IMG/VR virus record: IMGVR_UViG_3300011416_000292
Coordinates: 1 to 26,069 of that record
Length of the DNA stretch: 26,069 nt
Source of the DNA: a virus
Taxonomy: Duplodnaviria > Caudoviricetes
Reading direction: 5' to 3' (one strand)
Shown here piece by piece: positions 24,171-26,069 of this stretch. A program made the translations under genes and the position numbers. Numbering within the stretch: the stretch's first letter is position 1; each line of letters opens with the position of its first letter. The notes below the pieces were generated by a model that worked only from the letters and a program-made list of their open reading frames with translations, had not been told where the DNA came from and did no database searches.

Positions 24171-24680
24171 TTAGATCAATGCTGTAGGGTCGAAAGATCC
24201 GACCGTGTTGACGTAGACGGCGTTGGGGACGACAGTGGCATCATCCAGGGCGATAGTGCCGCCCACGAAGTCACCGGTGCCGGTCGGATTGATGATCACG
24301 AACCCGACCATGGCCTTCTTCTCAGGGATGGGCGGGAATCTCACTGCCCCGAGGGTCGCGCCGGCCTGTCCCATGGTAGTGGTCAGAGTGCCAGCCTGAT
24401 CGACGAAGATGACGAAGATGTTGAACGTGGCGTTGACCACTGTTCCGACCAGGGCAGCACTGTCGGTGTTGGCCGCAATCGATACCAGGACACCGTTGAC
24501 CACAGCCTTGCAGAGTGTGCCGGCTTTCACCAGTACCCCGCCGCCAGCCTTGATGGCCAGACCACCGGTCGACAGGAGCATGCTGGACATCCGTGCGTAG
24601 ATGCCGCGGATCATGGCGTTGAGCAGCATGCCGTCTTTCTTGTCGGCAATCGCGTTTGTGAGTTCTCCGAGTTTTTGCAT
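24171..24680 (-). CDS. Putative capsid decoration/cement protein (169 aa)
   Basis: AAGGAG RBS; A/G/T/V-rich; immediately after the MCP. Confidence 0.6.
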   Translation of the reverse strand: MQKLGELTNAIADKKDGMLLNAMIRGIYARMSSMLLSTGGLAIKAGGGVLVKAGTLCKAVVNGVLVSIAANTDSAALVGTVVNATFNIFVIFVDQAGTLTTTMGQAGATLGAVRFPPIPEKKAMVGFVIINPTGTGDFVGGTIALDDATVVPNAVYVNTVGSFDPTALI

Positions 24681-24693
24681 AACTTCTCCTTCG

Positions 24694-24724
24694 TAGGTAT
24701 GGGGGGCCGAAGCCCCTCATCCTA
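24694..24724 (-). promoter_or_regulatory. cUUCGg tetraloop hairpin after the MCP stop
   Basis: TAGG-ATG-AGGGGC-TTCG-GCCCCC-CAT-A-CCTA. No U-tract follows, so it is more likely an mRNA-stabilising or attenuating hairpin than a terminator. Confidence 0.65.
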
Positions 24725-24733
24725 GTATGTGGG

Positions 24734-25798
24734 TTAGTCCGTGAGGACGGATGCGCCGACTTCTGCTACGGCCATGTGCAGGGAGTTCAGGAGCACGGCA
24801 TTGTAGTAGCAGCTTGCGCCGATGTAACCACGCTGACCGGTCGGGTCGTTCTTGTCGATCTGGCCGGGCGTGAGGTCGTGAACGTCGAGGGACTTGGCAC
24901 CGCGCAGGGCAATATCACCCCATGCATCGCGGCCGGCAACGACGACCTGGTAGACGTCGATGTTGGAAGCACTGGTGGAGATCAGGCCCAGCGAACCGAC
25001 TGCGGCGCCGGAGTCCTGAACACAGACCAGTTCAGGGGAGGCGATGATGCGGAACTCTTCTACGGTCCCGAACTCGTAGGGGCTGACGGTCTTCATCGTG
25101 CCGTACTTGGCGACCGGTACGAACCCGGGGATGTCACGGACGTCAGGCTTGAGGTCGGTGTGGATGAACACGAAGAACGATGCTTCCACGCCCGAGGTGC
25201 CGTACTTCGGCGAGGCGGAGAGAATCTCGGTGACCTTGTCGGTGTGCTGGATGTCCAGCCCTTTGGTGATCTTGCGGAGCATCTTCAGGGTCAGCTTGCC
25301 GTTGACTGTGGCGCGGCTTGTGCCGGTCCCGCCATAGTACTTGTTGGTGCAGGATTTGATCACGCCGAAACGGACCAACTCGCGTACCAGTGCCAGACGC
25401 TCACCGGTCTGCATCTTCATGGCGCCCGGGACGTCGTCCTCGTACAGGTCGGCAGTACGTTTGGTATAGCCGAAGAGCACGGTGTACTCGTTCAGGGTGA
25501 CCGTGATGTCCTGCGGGGTCAGTGTCTCAGCGTTGGGTGTTACACCTTCGCTGGAGAGGTGCTGGTTGACCAGTGCCTGGGTGCGGTCGCCGGTACCGTC
25601 TGCGAAGAAAGTATTGGGCGAAGCGGATGTGGCGTTGACCGGCAGCCAGCGACGGTAGATGACGGTGTCGCCACTGTTCTTCGGCATCGGCTTGGTGTCG
25701 CCGATCAGGCCCAAAATTTCTCTTGGGATCGCGTGGGTGAGTATCTCCCCTTTAATTTTTCCGATTCGCTGTGCGGGTGTGAGCATTGTGGATAACAT
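24734..25798 (-). CDS. Major capsid protein, N4-gp56-like family
   Basis: AAGGAG RBS; PMPKNSGDTVIYRRW, LSSEGVTP, ITVTLNEY, EFGTVEEFRII, DKNDPTGQRGYIG; strongly biased codons. Confidence 0.9.
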   Translation of the reverse strand: MLSTMLTPAQRIGKIKGEILTHAIPREILGLIGDTKPMPKNSGDTVIYRRWLPVNATSASPNTFFADGTGDRTQALVNQHLSSEGVTPNAETLTPQDITVTLNEYTVLFGYTKRTADLYEDDVPGAMKMQTGERLALVRELVRFGVIKSCTNKYYGGTGTSRATVNGKLTLKMLRKITKGLDIQHTDKVTEILSASPKYGTSGVEASFFVFIHTDLKPDVRDIPGFVPVAKYGTMKTVSPYEFGTVEEFRIIASPELVCVQDSGAAVGSLGLISTSASNIDVYQVVVAGRDAWGDIALRGAKSLDVHDLTPGQIDKNDPTGQRGYIGASCYYNAVLLNSLHMAVAEVGASVLTD

Positions 25799-25822
25799 AG
25801 CTTGTTACTCCTTTGATGTGAT

Positions 25823-26068
25823 TTATGTTTTGCGGCCGTAACTGGCCATCATTGCTTCTTCTTCTTCATCGGTGCCCCTCGTACCTACGGCACCGCGCCG
25901 GCCGCCCTGTGGGACGATGGCGGACTCCAACTGCTCTTTCTTCGCTAGGTCTTCTGCTATTCTCTTGTCCTCGGACACCTTCCATGCTTTGAACTCAGTC
26001 AGCTTGGCCGACACATAATCGGCGTTATTGGTGGCTGCGAGTTCCGCCGCGTCTTCAGGCGAAAGCCG
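25823..26068 (-). CDS. C-terminus of putative scaffolding protein (5'-truncated by the window edge)
   Basis: Frame open to the edge: ...RLSPEDAAELAATNNADYVSAKLTEFKAWK...LESAIVPQGG...TDEEEEAMMASY; directly upstream of the MCP. Confidence 0.6.
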   Translation of the reverse strand, partial: RLSPEDAAELAATNNADYVSAKLTEFKAWKVSEDKRIAEDLAKKEQLESAIVPQGGRRGAVGTRGTDEEEEAMMASYGRKT

Positions 26069-26069
26069 G

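Noticed and set aside
24776-25795. 339-aa + strand ORF opposite the MCP, and similar ORFs at 4208-4816, 4847-5557, 10145-10777, 14444-15187 and 16035-16721
   Set aside because: Antisense shadows expected from GC-rich codon bias. Unlike the two HNH ORFs, they show no protein motif and I saw no SD or promoter.
1-26069. CRISPR array, tRNA, integrase, transposase or reverse transcriptase/DGR
   Set aside because: No regularly spaced repeats, cloverleaf or corresponding catalytic motifs seen.

Overview
Late (virion morphogenesis) region of a podovirus-like tailed phage or prophage, almost entirely on the minus strand. Order from right to left: scaffold-like C-terminus, N4-gp56-type major capsid protein, two probable decoration proteins, a 104-aa cassette flanked by inverted repeats, two hypothetical/structural genes, a free-standing HNH gene behind a three-way-junction RNA, head-tail adaptor, tail nozzle, ejection-type proteins with a GNAT, a 3776-aa polyvalent protein (GGDEF, HExxH peptidase, two ART-like domains, LPD38-like C-terminus), small tail genes and a GH-A glycoside hydrolase running off the left edge. 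The most striking feature is layered coding inside the 11.3-kb polyvalent gene. (1) Two complete zinc-finger/HNH endonuclease genes, each with its own sigma70-type promoter, sit on the antisense strand in codon-to-codon register without breaking the host frame and without intron or intein hallmarks. (2) Three microproteins with strong Shine-Dalgarno sites, one a CxxC-x10-CxxC zinc ribbon, are overprinted in the +1 frame of its linkers. All family names come from motif recognition by eye; no database search was run.
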